Source: a virus
Lineage: Duplodnaviria; Caudoviricetes
DNA length: 64,000 nt
Virus record (IMG/VR): IMGVR_UViG_3300037067_007848
Coordinates: 1-64,000 of that record
Strand: one strand, 5' to 3'
Shown here: in pieces, positions 38,675 through 48,450 of the stretch
How positions within the stretch are numbered: position 1 is the stretch's first letter
Layout: each line of letters opens with the position of its first letter
Made by a program: the position numbers and the translations under genes
Notes under the pieces: generated by a model
The model's database searches: none
Told to the model about the DNA's origin: nothing
The model's input: the letters and a program-made list of their open reading frames with translations, nothing else

Positions 38675-39429
38675 TAAATAATCTTTTTTGCGATGATTGT
38701 TTTAATGTTTTACCCAAAATAGATAATAAATCCATTGATTTGATAATTTGCGATCCACCATATGGTTCAACGCCACTGAAATGGGACAAACAATTAGATT
38801 TCAACAGATTATGGGCGGAATATAAAAGGATTATCAAAGATAATGGGGTAATACTTATTTTTGGGCAAGAACCCTTTTCTAGTTATGTTCGCCTATCTAA
38901 TATAGAATGGTTTAAGTATGACTGGTATTGGCAAAAAGAAAGACTTACCAATGTATTTCAAGTTAAACGCCGTCCTGGGAAAGTTATTGAAACCATTAGT
39001 GTTTTTTATAAAAATCAACCCACATTTAATCATGTAAAAACAATTTATGAAGGAAGGAAGGTTTCAAATAAAATTGGCGAAAATGCCCGATTTTCTCAAA
39101 CAATGTCCGCAAATGCAAAAAATAAACCACTGGAATATATAGATGATGGAACTAGGTATCCTTTACAATTGTTAAAAATAAATCGTGATAATTGTCGTAA
39201 AAATATACACCCCACACAAAAACCGCTGGAATTGTGCGAATATTTTATAAATACCTACACTAATGAAGGTAATGTAGTTTTAGACAATTGTATGGGTTCG
39301 GGCGGGACTATATTAGCCAGCCTAAAGTTAAACCGACAATATATTGGAATAGAAAAAAACAACAACTATTACAACTTAGCATTAAACCGAATAAATCAAT
39401 ATAAATATGATAATTATACTAAACAATAA
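38671..39429 (+). CDS. N6-adenine/N4-cytosine DNA methyltransferase (beta class)
   Basis: DPPY, HPTQKP, VLDNCMGSGGT. Confidence 0.93.
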   Translation: MINNLFCDDCFNVLPKIDNKSIDLIICDPPYGSTPLKWDKQLDFNRLWAEYKRIIKDNGVILIFGQEPFSSYVRLSNIEWFKYDWYWQKERLTNVFQVKRRPGKVIETISVFYKNQPTFNHVKTIYEGRKVSNKIGENARFSQTMSANAKNKPLEYIDDGTRYPLQLLKINRDNCRKNIHPTQKPLELCEYFINTYTNEGNVVLDNCMGSGGTILASLKLNRQYIGIEKNNNYYNLALNRINQYKYDNYTKQ

Positions 39430-39748
39430 CGAAGATTTAAACCGGCAAATCTTATCTAAAATGGGTAACGAGGACAAAACAAATGTCCTTGGTGTAAAAG
39501 ATATTTTTGAATGCCAATTAGCCCTGATGGATACCGAATGCGACCTTTTGATTATTGACGCAGATTATGAGGACAAATCGGATATTTTGTGTAATTGGAT
39601 AGTAAAAAACAACACATTTATTAAACATATTATTATTTTTGCAAAATCGGGTATTTCAGATCAAAATGTGAAAATTCTAAAACGCGGACAATATAAAGTA
39701 AGTGTAATGAAAATACAACAGTTTAGGGCAGGTTTAGAGAAAATATAA
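39407..39748 (+). CDS. Degenerate receiver-like domain protein
   Basis: IIILNN...CDLLIIDAD...IIIF alpha/beta pattern. Confidence 0.4.
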   Translation: MIIILNNNEDLNRQILSKMGNEDKTNVLGVKDIFECQLALMDTECDLLIIDADYEDKSDILCNWIVKNNTFIKHIIIFAKSGISDQNVKILKRGQYKVSVMKIQQFRAGLEKI

Positions 39749-39756
39749 TATTAGAG

Positions 39757-40041
39757 ATGTCAATAATTATGAATACAAAAATAAAATGTATAATTTGTGA
39801 AAAAGAATTAGAAATATTACATTATGATATTAAAAATAAAGGACATCACTTATGTAACAATGCAAATATAGCCGATTTTACTGTTGGTTATGGTTCACGA
39901 TTTGATACTAATAATTATATTTTTGGTTTATGTGATGATTGTTTAGAAATAAAACTGAAAAAAGGCATTCTTATAAACAACCCATATGAAGTTATAGATC
40001 AAACAAATGACCAATTTATAATACTTGAAAATAAAATATAA
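39757..40041 (+). CDS. Zinc-binding hypothetical protein
   Basis: CIICE...GYGSRFD...LCDDC. Confidence 0.65.
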   Translation: MSIIMNTKIKCIICEKELEILHYDIKNKGHHLCNNANIADFTVGYGSRFDTNNYIFGLCDDCLEIKLKKGILINNPYEVIDQTNDQFIILENKI

Positions 40042-40051
40042 AGGAAAAGAT

Positions 40052-40930
40052 ATGAATCAAACAATTATTGGTTTGGCTGGGCGAAAATCATCTGGGAAAA
40101 ACACCTTTGCCAATTTTATGGTCGGGGCCTATATGGTCGGACTAGGTATTTCTCGCTCGTTTAACATTCTTGAGGACGGACAATTATATATATCGGATAT
40201 TGACGAAATTGAAAATACCGATGGGATTTTTGATTATTATAGGCAAACTGCCTCAATAGACGAATTTAAGAAAAATCGGCTCGACCCATTTATTAAATTG
40301 TATAGTTTTGCCGATTTATTAAAGAAAAATGTTTGTATGAACATACTTGGACTTTCATATGAACAGTGTTATGGGACAAATGAACAAAAAAACCAATTGA
40401 CGGACTTATTATGGGAAGATATGCCAGGAGTTATCACAGAGGTATATGTAAAAAATGTTGAAATAACTAATATAACTGGCAATTATGAAAATGGGGACTT
40501 AATAACTCCTATGGAGTGCCAATATGAACACTACTATCATTCTTCTGGGCAAATGACCGCCCGTGAAGTTCTCCAATATGTCGGGACAAATATTTTCCGC
40601 AAAATGTCTGGCAATGTGTGGGTTTCGGCGTTATTTCGACAAATTCAAAAAGATAATGCTAAAGTAGTAATAATTACTGATTGTCGTTTTCCCAATGAGG
40701 TATATGGAATTCAAGATCGTGGCGGGAAAGTTGTATATCTAACGCGAAATCCCTATAATGATACACACGCGAGCGAAACGGCCCTAGACAAAGAAAATTT
40801 CGACCATTCTAAATTCGCCCATATCCTTCAAAATGATAAAATGACAATTGACCAACAAAATAGTGAGGTTTGTCAACTCATGTTAAAATGGGGAATATTA
40901 CCAAAAGAATTGGAGACTAAAAAATTATGA
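40052..40930 (+). CDS. Deoxynucleoside monophosphate kinase
   Basis: GLAGRKSSGKNT, SFAD.LK, REVLQYVGT, DCRFPNE, HASE. Confidence 0.9.
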   Translation: MNQTIIGLAGRKSSGKNTFANFMVGAYMVGLGISRSFNILEDGQLYISDIDEIENTDGIFDYYRQTASIDEFKKNRLDPFIKLYSFADLLKKNVCMNILGLSYEQCYGTNEQKNQLTDLLWEDMPGVITEVYVKNVEITNITGNYENGDLITPMECQYEHYYHSSGQMTAREVLQYVGTNIFRKMSGNVWVSALFRQIQKDNAKVVIITDCRFPNEVYGIQDRGGKVVYLTRNPYNDTHASETALDKENFDHSKFAHILQNDKMTIDQQNSEVCQLMLKWGILPKELETKKL

Positions 40931-41243
40931 AAAAATATAAAATTATTTTTTGTTGTAGTATTTTCCTATCTATCACCATTCTAATATTTGGTTTTTATAA
41001 AAACGCCAATCAAACTCCCGAAATTATTCCTGCTGGACAATTTGTAGACTGTATTTATACCCCAGTGGATTTAGCCACCCAAATATATCTATTGTAGAAA
41101 CCACAATTGGTGAGTTCAATATTAAAAATTATCTTATTAGTGGTATTAAGGGCGAACAATGTTTTGTTTATAAATATCCCGATTCAATGTATTTTTATAT
41201 CGAAGGCCATAATAAAACTTTTCAAATAGAATAATAGTTAAAA

Positions 41244-41759
41244 ATGAATAAAACTATAAATACAGTTCCACATTTAGAATCCCTTCCTTTAAAATGCCAG
41301 ACAAAAAATTATAGAGGTATTTTCAGACCAAGGTGTAATGCCAAGAGAGGTTGTCAATCGTGTTGGATGAAATATTATGCCAAAAACCCCAATGAAAAAA
41401 TTATTGATATTTTAAATTGGATAAAAAATGAAATGGACAAAATAAAAACAATGATTCGACCAGCCCAATGTCAGTCTGAATCTATAATCGAATTTGTAAG
41501 TTATGATGGTAAATATCCCAATTTATGTTCTGGTCAACTTGTTATGAGAGTAAATGGGGTAGATGTTAAATTCCCAAAATATTGTTTACATAGTGGTGGT
41601 AGTGTTTGGCTTTCTAATGGTTATTCTGAAGAACATGTAGAAAAGGGCGAGTGGACAATAGCCAAATGGCCAGAAGATTTTCCAAAAGAATTAAAAGGTG
41701 CGGCAAAAGATTTAGTTAATCAAAATATACCAAAGGGTTGTTGTGGAGGATGTGTATGA
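41244..41759 (+). CDS. Hypothetical protein with C-terminal GCCGGC
   Basis: YDGKYPNLCSG...GCCGGCV. Confidence 0.6.
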   Translation: MNKTINTVPHLESLPLKCQTKNYRGIFRPRCNAKRGCQSCWMKYYAKNPNEKIIDILNWIKNEMDKIKTMIRPAQCQSESIIEFVSYDGKYPNLCSGQLVMRVNGVDVKFPKYCLHSGGSVWLSNGYSEEHVEKGEWTIAKWPEDFPKELKGAAKDLVNQNIPKGCCGGCV

Positions 41760-42232
41760 TGTATATTGCTTATTTAGCTGGACCGATTACGGGCTTATCG
41801 TTTGATGGGGCAGTTGATTGGCGTGAATTTTTTATAAATGCTCTGTCACCTGAAATTCAAGGTATGAGTCCATTACGTGGAAAAGATTATTTGCAAAATA
41901 GTGGTGAGATTGCCCCAGTCTATCCAAGTATTCCATTATCTTGTTCTCGTGGAATTATGACTAGGGATTTTAATGATTGTAAACGCTGTGATATATTAGT
42001 GGTCAATTTTCTAGGGGCAAAAAAAATTTCAATTGGGACGGTTATGGAATTGGCCTGGGCATATGCCTTTCGCATTCCAACAATTGTAATAATAGAAAAA
42101 GAGGGTAATCCACACGATCATCCAATGGTTCAAGAGGCAATTGGCTATCGAGTAACATCTATTGAAGAGGCGGTTGTTTTAACCAAATCAGTATTATTGC
42201 CAATTTCACATCACAAACCAATAAAGGAATAA
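41756..42232 (+). CDS. Nucleoside 2-deoxyribosyltransferase-like protein
   Basis: YLAGPI, WR, RD..D, SIGTVMELAWA. Confidence 0.8.
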   Translation: MMYIAYLAGPITGLSFDGAVDWREFFINALSPEIQGMSPLRGKDYLQNSGEIAPVYPSIPLSCSRGIMTRDFNDCKRCDILVVNFLGAKKISIGTVMELAWAYAFRIPTIVIIEKEGNPHDHPMVQEAIGYRVTSIEEAVVLTKSVLLPISHHKPIKE

Positions 42233-42236
42233 TAAA

Positions 42237-43256
42237 ATATTAATTACATATTTCCGTTCTAGCAGTTATAATTCCCATTCCATGTGCGAATTTGGCTATT
42301 TTTGCGAGTACGTCTTGGGGTGGAGATCTATTGCAGGAATTAAGGCTGAAAAGGGGACTTGCACGCATAAAATACTTGAAATTTTATCCAAAATTAAATT
42401 TGCCCAACAAAATCAAGAAAATGGAACAATTATAGATGAACTATATGGCGAAATAGATATTAGACAATTTTCTATAAAAGATATATCGCAAAAAATTGCA
42501 GATTATTATTCTCAATCAAAATTTAATAAATGGAGCACGAAAGATAAAGAGGATTGTTACAAATGGGTCCAAAAACAAATTATATTTAATAATGGGATGT
42601 TTAATCCTTTAAATTTAAATATTATATCGCCAGAACAGAGTTTTGATTTTACAATAGATGCACCATGGGCAAATTACTGTTATTGTTTTGATAATAAAAA
42701 GATAGATGGAAAACTTGCTATTAAGGGCACTATTGATCTAATTACATCTCCATCACCCGGAATACTTGAAGTTATAGATTTTAAAACTGGCAGAAAATTA
42801 GATTGGGCCACGGGCGAGGAAAAAGACTATGAAAAACTGTTAAAAGACGCACAATTAATGTTATATTATTATGCAGCGTCTCGATTATACCCTGATGTTG
42901 ATGAAATTATTATGACTATCGACTTTATAAATGACGGCGGGCCCGTAACCCTAGGATATACTAAAGCTAATAATAGGGCAATTCTACAATTATTACAAAA
43001 TAAGTTTGAATTAATTAAATCTGTTCAACGCCCAAAATGTTCTAAATCATGGAAGTGTACTAAATTTTGCTACCACGGTATGAATACATTTAAAGGAACT
43101 GGATTACCTATTTTAACAAATAAAGAAGGTAAACCAATGACTAGGTGCGAACAATTAAATTATGAGTTTGAACGAAAAAATATGGAAAAAATTATGCTTT
43201 TATATACAAATCCAGAACATCAAATAGGTTATTATCATAATCCAGGTGGAATATAA
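42237..43256 (+). CDS. PD-(D/E)XK RecB/Cas4-like exonuclease (possible ATA start)
   Basis: GTCTHKILE, EQSF, KGTIDL, IDFKTG, QLMLY, C-terminal Cys cluster; AAGGA RBS before in-frame ATA. Confidence 0.8.
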   Translation: MLITYFRSSSYNSHSMCEFGYFCEYVLGWRSIAGIKAEKGTCTHKILEILSKIKFAQQNQENGTIIDELYGEIDIRQFSIKDISQKIADYYSQSKFNKWSTKDKEDCYKWVQKQIIFNNGMFNPLNLNIISPEQSFDFTIDAPWANYCYCFDNKKIDGKLAIKGTIDLITSPSPGILEVIDFKTGRKLDWATGEEKDYEKLLKDAQLMLYYYAASRLYPDVDEIIMTIDFINDGGPVTLGYTKANNRAILQLLQNKFELIKSVQRPKCSKSWKCTKFCYHGMNTFKGTGLPILTNKEGKPMTRCEQLNYEFERKNMEKIMLLYTNPEHQIGYYHNPGGI

Positions 43257-43653
43257 AAAAGGACCAATAATGAACGTAATTCAATCCAAAGATCAACTTT
43301 ATGACAAGAATCGGCGATTTGCCGCATTATTCGTTGAAATTGAAGACTGCCTTTATCAAGATTATGAAATTGTTCTACACAATTATATTGACAGTCCGCC
43401 ATTTAATTTAGAAAATATTAGTAATTTTAGGTCAGGAATATCGTTTGACATAAATAAAGGTGTAGACGAAATAAATGTCGAATTAACAAAATTGATTAAA
43501 AATTTATCTCAAGGCATTGCCGAAAGTATAAATAAATATGACGAATTATATACACATTATCGAGTTGGATTTGACTCGGAATTAGATGAAAATACATTTG
43601 ATGGACCAGCTTTTTTAGAAGTGTCGATTAAAATAGAAAGAAAAGTACAATAA
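43246..43653 (+). CDS. Hypothetical protein
   Basis: Operon ORF. Confidence 0.55.
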   Translation: MEYKKGPIMNVIQSKDQLYDKNRRFAALFVEIEDCLYQDYEIVLHNYIDSPPFNLENISNFRSGISFDINKGVDEINVELTKLIKNLSQGIAESINKYDELYTHYRVGFDSELDENTFDGPAFLEVSIKIERKVQ

Positions 43654-44027
43654 TGTGTTTATATATAGATCATAGTGTGGAAATTAAATTTAATGAAGAG
43701 GGGTATATTTATGCTAATAAACTGGTGATATACCTAAATAATAGAATTTTTTCTCCCTTTTATCCTCATTTTTCGTGGAAATCTGGGTGGAACGTTGTAG
43801 AAGACCTAAATGATATGTCGGAAAATGGCGTATTAAACAAGGGTTTGCACGTATATTTGTGCGACGGGGCAAATGAGAAATTTTTCAGTATGTATAATTG
43901 TAAGGTGAAATGTTATAAAGAAGATTTAATTGACGTGGGGTATGATAGTGCTAGAAATGAATGTGCCGCTTTTAAGAAAGTTTGGTTGGACCAAGAGGAA
44001 TATGACAAAATAAAAAAGGCATATTAA
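43653..44027 (+). CDS. Hypothetical protein
   Basis: MCL...ANK...SPFY...GLHVY phage-type pattern. Confidence 0.6.
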   Translation: MCLYIDHSVEIKFNEEGYIYANKLVIYLNNRIFSPFYPHFSWKSGWNVVEDLNDMSENGVLNKGLHVYLCDGANEKFFSMYNCKVKCYKEDLIDVGYDSARNECAAFKKVWLDQEEYDKIKKAY

Positions 44028-44091
44028 TATAAATATTGAATATTACAAATATTTAGCTAAATTAGTTTCGGAATATAATAAATAATATAAT

Positions 44092-46251
44092 ATGAATAAA
44101 TATATTGCACTTCATAATCACAGCCATTTTTCTACCCAGGATAGTATAAATCAGCCTAAACATATCATTTCTCGAATGAATTCCCTTGGTATGGATACAA
44201 TAGCTATTTCCGATCATGGCAACCTTGGAGGCGTCGTAACATTTTTAGATGCATTTAAAAAAGAAAATAAAAGGTTGATTGCTGGCTGCGAACTTTACCT
44301 AAGCGAATTTGCCGCAAATATTCGCAATGAAAACAACAGAAAAAATACCCATTTAGTGGTATTGGCCAATGGCGATCAAGGATGGGAAAATTTACTGAAA
44401 ATAGTTTCACAGTCCAATCACCCCGACAATTTTTATTATAAACCCCGCCTTTCTCTTGAGGAAATTGCCCCGTATAGTAAAAATATTATTGCAATTGCGG
44501 GACATTTAGGCTCGTGTTTGGCCCACGAAATAGTCGATAGAGATTGTGTGGTTTTGCCAAATGGGTTAGAAAACGGGATTGTTAAGGCCGAACAATTAAG
44601 GGGGATTTTTGGTGAAAATTTCTACCTTGAATGCCAACTTATTGATGAAAAGTGCCGCCAGTTAGTTGAGGTTATTCGAGAAATTGGGAAAAGGACTGGG
44701 ATACCCTGTGTGGCGACCCCTGACGCCCATTACAGCTTCCCCGAACAAATCCACGATCATCAGGTACTTGTGGCCACCAACCTCCGCAAATCAATCATGG
44801 AGTGTTCTAACCCAGACTTTGCTATGTCAACATTTTTTGCCCCAAACCATTATTATATTCCCTCTTATGACGAATTGTTAAAATGGGGTAATACCGAGGA
44901 AGAATTAGAAAATACGTTGGTAATTGCCGAAAAGTGCAAAAATTATACCACAATATTACGCCAACCAATTCCGCCTCCCTTTCAACTCCCGACAACTTAC
45001 GACAAAACACACGACGACTATTTGCGGGAAAAATGTTGGGCGGCTTTTGATAAAAAATTCGCACATTTAGAAAGTGAAAAATTAAAGATATACCGCGATA
45101 GACTGAGGGACGAATTGGACATTCTGGTTGATAGTAATTTATCCACCTATTTCTTATTAATTGCGGATGTTTTGGATTATGCCCGCGAAATACATTGTCT
45201 GACCTCCCCAGGGCGTGGGTCGGCGGCTGGTAGTTTAGCCTCTTATTTACTCCAAATTACCCAAATTGACCCAATTGAACATGGTTTAATATTTGAACGG
45301 TTTTATAATGCCGCCCGTTGTATGCCCCCCCATGTTGAGTTTGACGAATTCCCCTTTGAACAATTTGATAAAACACCCTATAATGGGGATATTACCGAGT
45401 TTATTCAGCCCGAATGTAAAAAAATAATAGAAAACGCCATATTTAAAGAGGAATTGAAGTTATTGGGCAATCGCCATGTGCGGGCCTATTATTATCACCT
45501 CTTGAAAAATGTCGAATTAGATCAGGCAAATCCCCAAAATAGTTATATTATGTGGGCCTGCGGAAAGGTCGATGAAATAGATATTAAAAATCCGCCCAAA
45601 ATAAATCCTGGTAATGTGTCCATGCCCGATATTGACGTGGATTTTGCGGCAAGTAAACGCGGTAAAATTGTCGAATATATTAAAAATAAATATGGGGAAA
45701 AACATGTCGCCCAATTAGTCACGTTCCAACGAATGAAGGGGCGAGCCGCAATAAAAAATGTTTTACGTGCTCATAATGTTGTGTCGGCCTCTGAAATGAA
45801 CGCGATTACAGAAGACTTCCCAATGGAGGGAAAAATTACCGATGAATTACAGGAAATGAAAGACGAAACTGGCGAATCGTCCATTATTCTTTGGACATTA
45901 CAAAATGATAAAAAGGGTAAATTGCGTAATTGGTGCTATATAGATGAAAATGGCGAGCTAAAAGGGTCATTGGCCAAATATTTTGAGCAGGCGATTAGGC
46001 TAGAGGGTTGTATTTCCGCCCAAAGTAAACATCCTGCGGGGATTGTTATCTCACCCCCCGATATACCCATTGACAAAGTTTGCCCAATGTCGTATGATAG
46101 TAAGGATAAACAGTTAATCGCGGGTTTTGAAATGCGGGATATTGAGAAAATCGGGCTAATTAAATATGACCTTTTATCCCTTTCTCTTCTTGATAAACTG
46201 GCTGGAATTTGTAATATATTAAAATATGGGACAATAATAGGTGAAGAATGA
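44092..46251 (+). CDS. dnaE: DNA polymerase III alpha, piece 1 (PHP domain and palm)
   Basis: LHNHSHFS, SDHG, GRGSAAGS, FERF, PDIDVDF, HPAG, GLIKYDLL. Confidence 0.93.
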   Translation: MNKYIALHNHSHFSTQDSINQPKHIISRMNSLGMDTIAISDHGNLGGVVTFLDAFKKENKRLIAGCELYLSEFAANIRNENNRKNTHLVVLANGDQGWENLLKIVSQSNHPDNFYYKPRLSLEEIAPYSKNIIAIAGHLGSCLAHEIVDRDCVVLPNGLENGIVKAEQLRGIFGENFYLECQLIDEKCRQLVEVIREIGKRTGIPCVATPDAHYSFPEQIHDHQVLVATNLRKSIMECSNPDFAMSTFFAPNHYYIPSYDELLKWGNTEEELENTLVIAEKCKNYTTILRQPIPPPFQLPTTYDKTHDDYLREKCWAAFDKKFAHLESEKLKIYRDRLRDELDILVDSNLSTYFLLIADVLDYAREIHCLTSPGRGSAAGSLASYLLQITQIDPIEHGLIFERFYNAARCMPPHVEFDEFPFEQFDKTPYNGDITEFIQPECKKIIENAIFKEELKLLGNRHVRAYYYHLLKNVELDQANPQNSYIMWACGKVDEIDIKNPPKINPGNVSMPDIDVDFAASKRGKIVEYIKNKYGEKHVAQLVTFQRMKGRAAIKNVLRAHNVVSASEMNAITEDFPMEGKITDELQEMKDETGESSIILWTLQNDKKGKLRNWCYIDENGELKGSLAKYFEQAIRLEGCISAQSKHPAGIVISPPDIPIDKVCPMSYDSKDKQLIAGFEMRDIEKIGLIKYDLLSLSLLDKLAGICNILKYGTIIGEE

Positions 46252-47159
46252 ATGTATTAAGTTTATTTGATGGAATATCTTGCGGACAAATTGCTTTAGA
46301 ACGTGCAAAAATAAAAATTAATAAATATTATGCAAGTGAAATTGATAAAGATGCAATTGGCATTACCCAATTTCATTATCCGAATACAATACAACTTGGA
46401 GATATAAGAAATATAAATACAACAAATCTTCCAAAAATGAATTTAATGATTGGAGGTTCTCCATGCCAATCTTTTTCATTTTTAGGGTCTAAAGATGGAA
46501 TGAAAACAATTGATAATTTTGAAGTTACTACATTTGAACAATATTTAGAATATAAAAACAAAGGTTATATATTTAAAGGACAATCTTATTTATTTTGGGA
46601 ATATGTTAGAATATTAAAAGAAATAAAACCAAAATATTTTATATTGGAAAATGTTAACATGTCTTTAAAATGGAAAGAAATAATTACAAAAACATTAAAT
46701 GTTGTTCCAATATTAATTAATTCTAATTTAGTTTCAGCCCAAAATCGTAGAAGATTGTATTGGACAAATATACCAAATATAAATCAACCAAAAGATAAAA
46801 ATATCTATTTATCATCTATTTTAGAAAAAGATATAAAAATATTACAAAAATATAAACTACCAAAAACAAAATCAAGAATACAAATGTGGAACGGTACTTG
46901 TAAAAATATTACAAATGAATTGAAAAGTAGTTGCGTAACTACCAAACAAGATGGATGGCATAATCAAGGTTTATTAGAATTTGATGGATTTTGTAGATTT
47001 TGTACACCTATAGAACTAGAAAGACTACAAACTATTAATGATAATTATACATTAGTTAATAATATTAGTGATAAGAAAAGAGATTTTTTAGTAGGAAATG
47101 CTTGGACAATTGATGTAATTACACATATTTTATCTTTTATAGAGGATAAAGATGAATAA
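46248..47159 (+). CDS. C5-cytosine DNA methyltransferase
   Basis: LSLFDG, GGSPCQ, LENV, QNRRRLY, GNAW. Confidence 0.93.
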   Translation: MNVLSLFDGISCGQIALERAKIKINKYYASEIDKDAIGITQFHYPNTIQLGDIRNINTTNLPKMNLMIGGSPCQSFSFLGSKDGMKTIDNFEVTTFEQYLEYKNKGYIFKGQSYLFWEYVRILKEIKPKYFILENVNMSLKWKEIITKTLNVVPILINSNLVSAQNRRRLYWTNIPNINQPKDKNIYLSSILEKDIKILQKYKLPKTKSRIQMWNGTCKNITNELKSSCVTTKQDGWHNQGLLEFDGFCRFCTPIELERLQTINDNYTLVNNISDKKRDFLVGNAWTIDVITHILSFIEDKDE

Positions 47160-47847
47160 TCAATATGTTTGTTGCCTCGACTTTGAGACTGATAGTTCAA
47201 ATCCCAACACTTGTAATCCCGTTCAACTTTCCTCACTAATTATTCACCCTCGCACATTAGAAGTTGTTGAGGGAAGTGAATTTAATTCATTTATTAAACC
47301 AGAAGAAATGGATAAAAATGATTATTTGGCCGTTCACAATGAAACAATAGAATGGCACGCGAAAATTAGAAAACAAACTGTGGGCGAAATTCTTGAAATG
47401 TGGAAAAATGCCCCATCCCAAAAGATAGTTTGGGCAAACTTCCTTAATTATCTTGAAAAATACCATAATAATAAAGGGAAAAGTAAAAGTATGTTTACCG
47501 CCCCAATTGTCATGGGTTATAATATTCTTAAATTTGATTGTGTAATTATTGAACGGTTATGCCAAAAATATAAAAATGTTGATGGACGTGGACAGCCCAA
47601 TATTTTTTACCCACGGGATAAGGTTGATTTAATCAATTATTCATGGGCATGGTTTGAAAATCTCAAAGAACCAGCCTCATATTCAATGGATGTTTTGCGG
47701 GAATTCCTTGGATATTCACAGGTCGGGGCACATGATTCAATGGAAGATGTTCGGTTTACCGCCAAATTATTTATTGCTTTTCAAAAACTGCATCGTAAAA
47801 TAGCAGAAAAAACTCAATTTGCAAAAGCTTTTATTCAAAAGGATTAA
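47152..47847 (+). CDS. DEDDh 3'-5' exonuclease (DnaQ-like)
   Basis: LDFET, GYNILKFD, AHDSMEDV. Confidence 0.88.
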   Translation: MNNQYVCCLDFETDSSNPNTCNPVQLSSLIIHPRTLEVVEGSEFNSFIKPEEMDKNDYLAVHNETIEWHAKIRKQTVGEILEMWKNAPSQKIVWANFLNYLEKYHNNKGKSKSMFTAPIVMGYNILKFDCVIIERLCQKYKNVDGRGQPNIFYPRDKVDLINYSWAWFENLKEPASYSMDVLREFLGYSQVGAHDSMEDVRFTAKLFIAFQKLHRKIAEKTQFAKAFIQKD

Positions 47848-47849
47848 TT

Positions 47850-48191
47850 ATGGATAATTTTACATATCGTGTTTTGGATTTATGTTATAAATATGATATT
47901 CAAGGCTCTTTATATTGGTCAACTTGCGATGGAAAAGTACAATTTTTCATTAATTGTAATGATTTATTTTTTTGGGCCTGTGCCGATTTAGAAGAAATTA
48001 CTCCCGAAAATATTCATATATTGAAACAATCTTTAGAGGATATGGCCCCACTAGACGATATATATGGCCCCGATTTATTTTGTTGTAGATCAAGAAAAAC
48101 GAGGCCGCAAAAGATGATATATAATGAATTTGATGATAATAAAGATATATGGAAACTATTTAAGGAATGTGGCCCAGAAAGGGAAAATTAA
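47850..48191 (+). CDS. Hypothetical phage protein
   Basis: CNDLFFWACADLEEIT...RPQ. Confidence 0.65.
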   Translation: MDNFTYRVLDLCYKYDIQGSLYWSTCDGKVQFFINCNDLFFWACADLEEITPENIHILKQSLEDMAPLDDIYGPDLFCCRSRKTRPQKMIYNEFDDNKDIWKLFKECGPEREN

Positions 48192-48449
48192 ATGAAATCA
48201 ACAGCCGAACTAATTAGATTGTTAAAAATAAAAGACGATTTAGAACATTTTAATTTTTATTATTCTAACAAAATGTTTGAGGGTCATCATCCATATTCAC
48301 TTGATTGCCGCATTTTTGGTAATCTTAGCCTTTTGTCTAAAAAAGAATCGTGTAAATTAGCAGATGAATTAAACGAGGCAATTAAACCCGTTGTTCAAAA
48401 ATATATTAATGAAATAGATAGAGAAATAACTAAAGAAATTCAAGGATAA
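48192..48449 (+). CDS. Hypothetical protein
   Basis: Operon ORF. Confidence 0.55.
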   Translation: MKSTAELIRLLKIKDDLEHFNFYYSNKMFEGHHPYSLDCRIFGNLSLLSKKESCKLADELNEAIKPVVQKYINEIDREITKEIQG

Positions 48450-48450
48450 T

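Noticed and set aside
42237-43256. Cas4 as the adaptation module for the mini array
   Set aside because: 28 kb away among replication genes; such nucleases are common in phages; no cas1 or cas2
45319-45615. Intein in DnaE piece 1 (starts with Cys, ends with Asn)
   Set aside because: No TxxH block B or block F, and the +1 residue is Val
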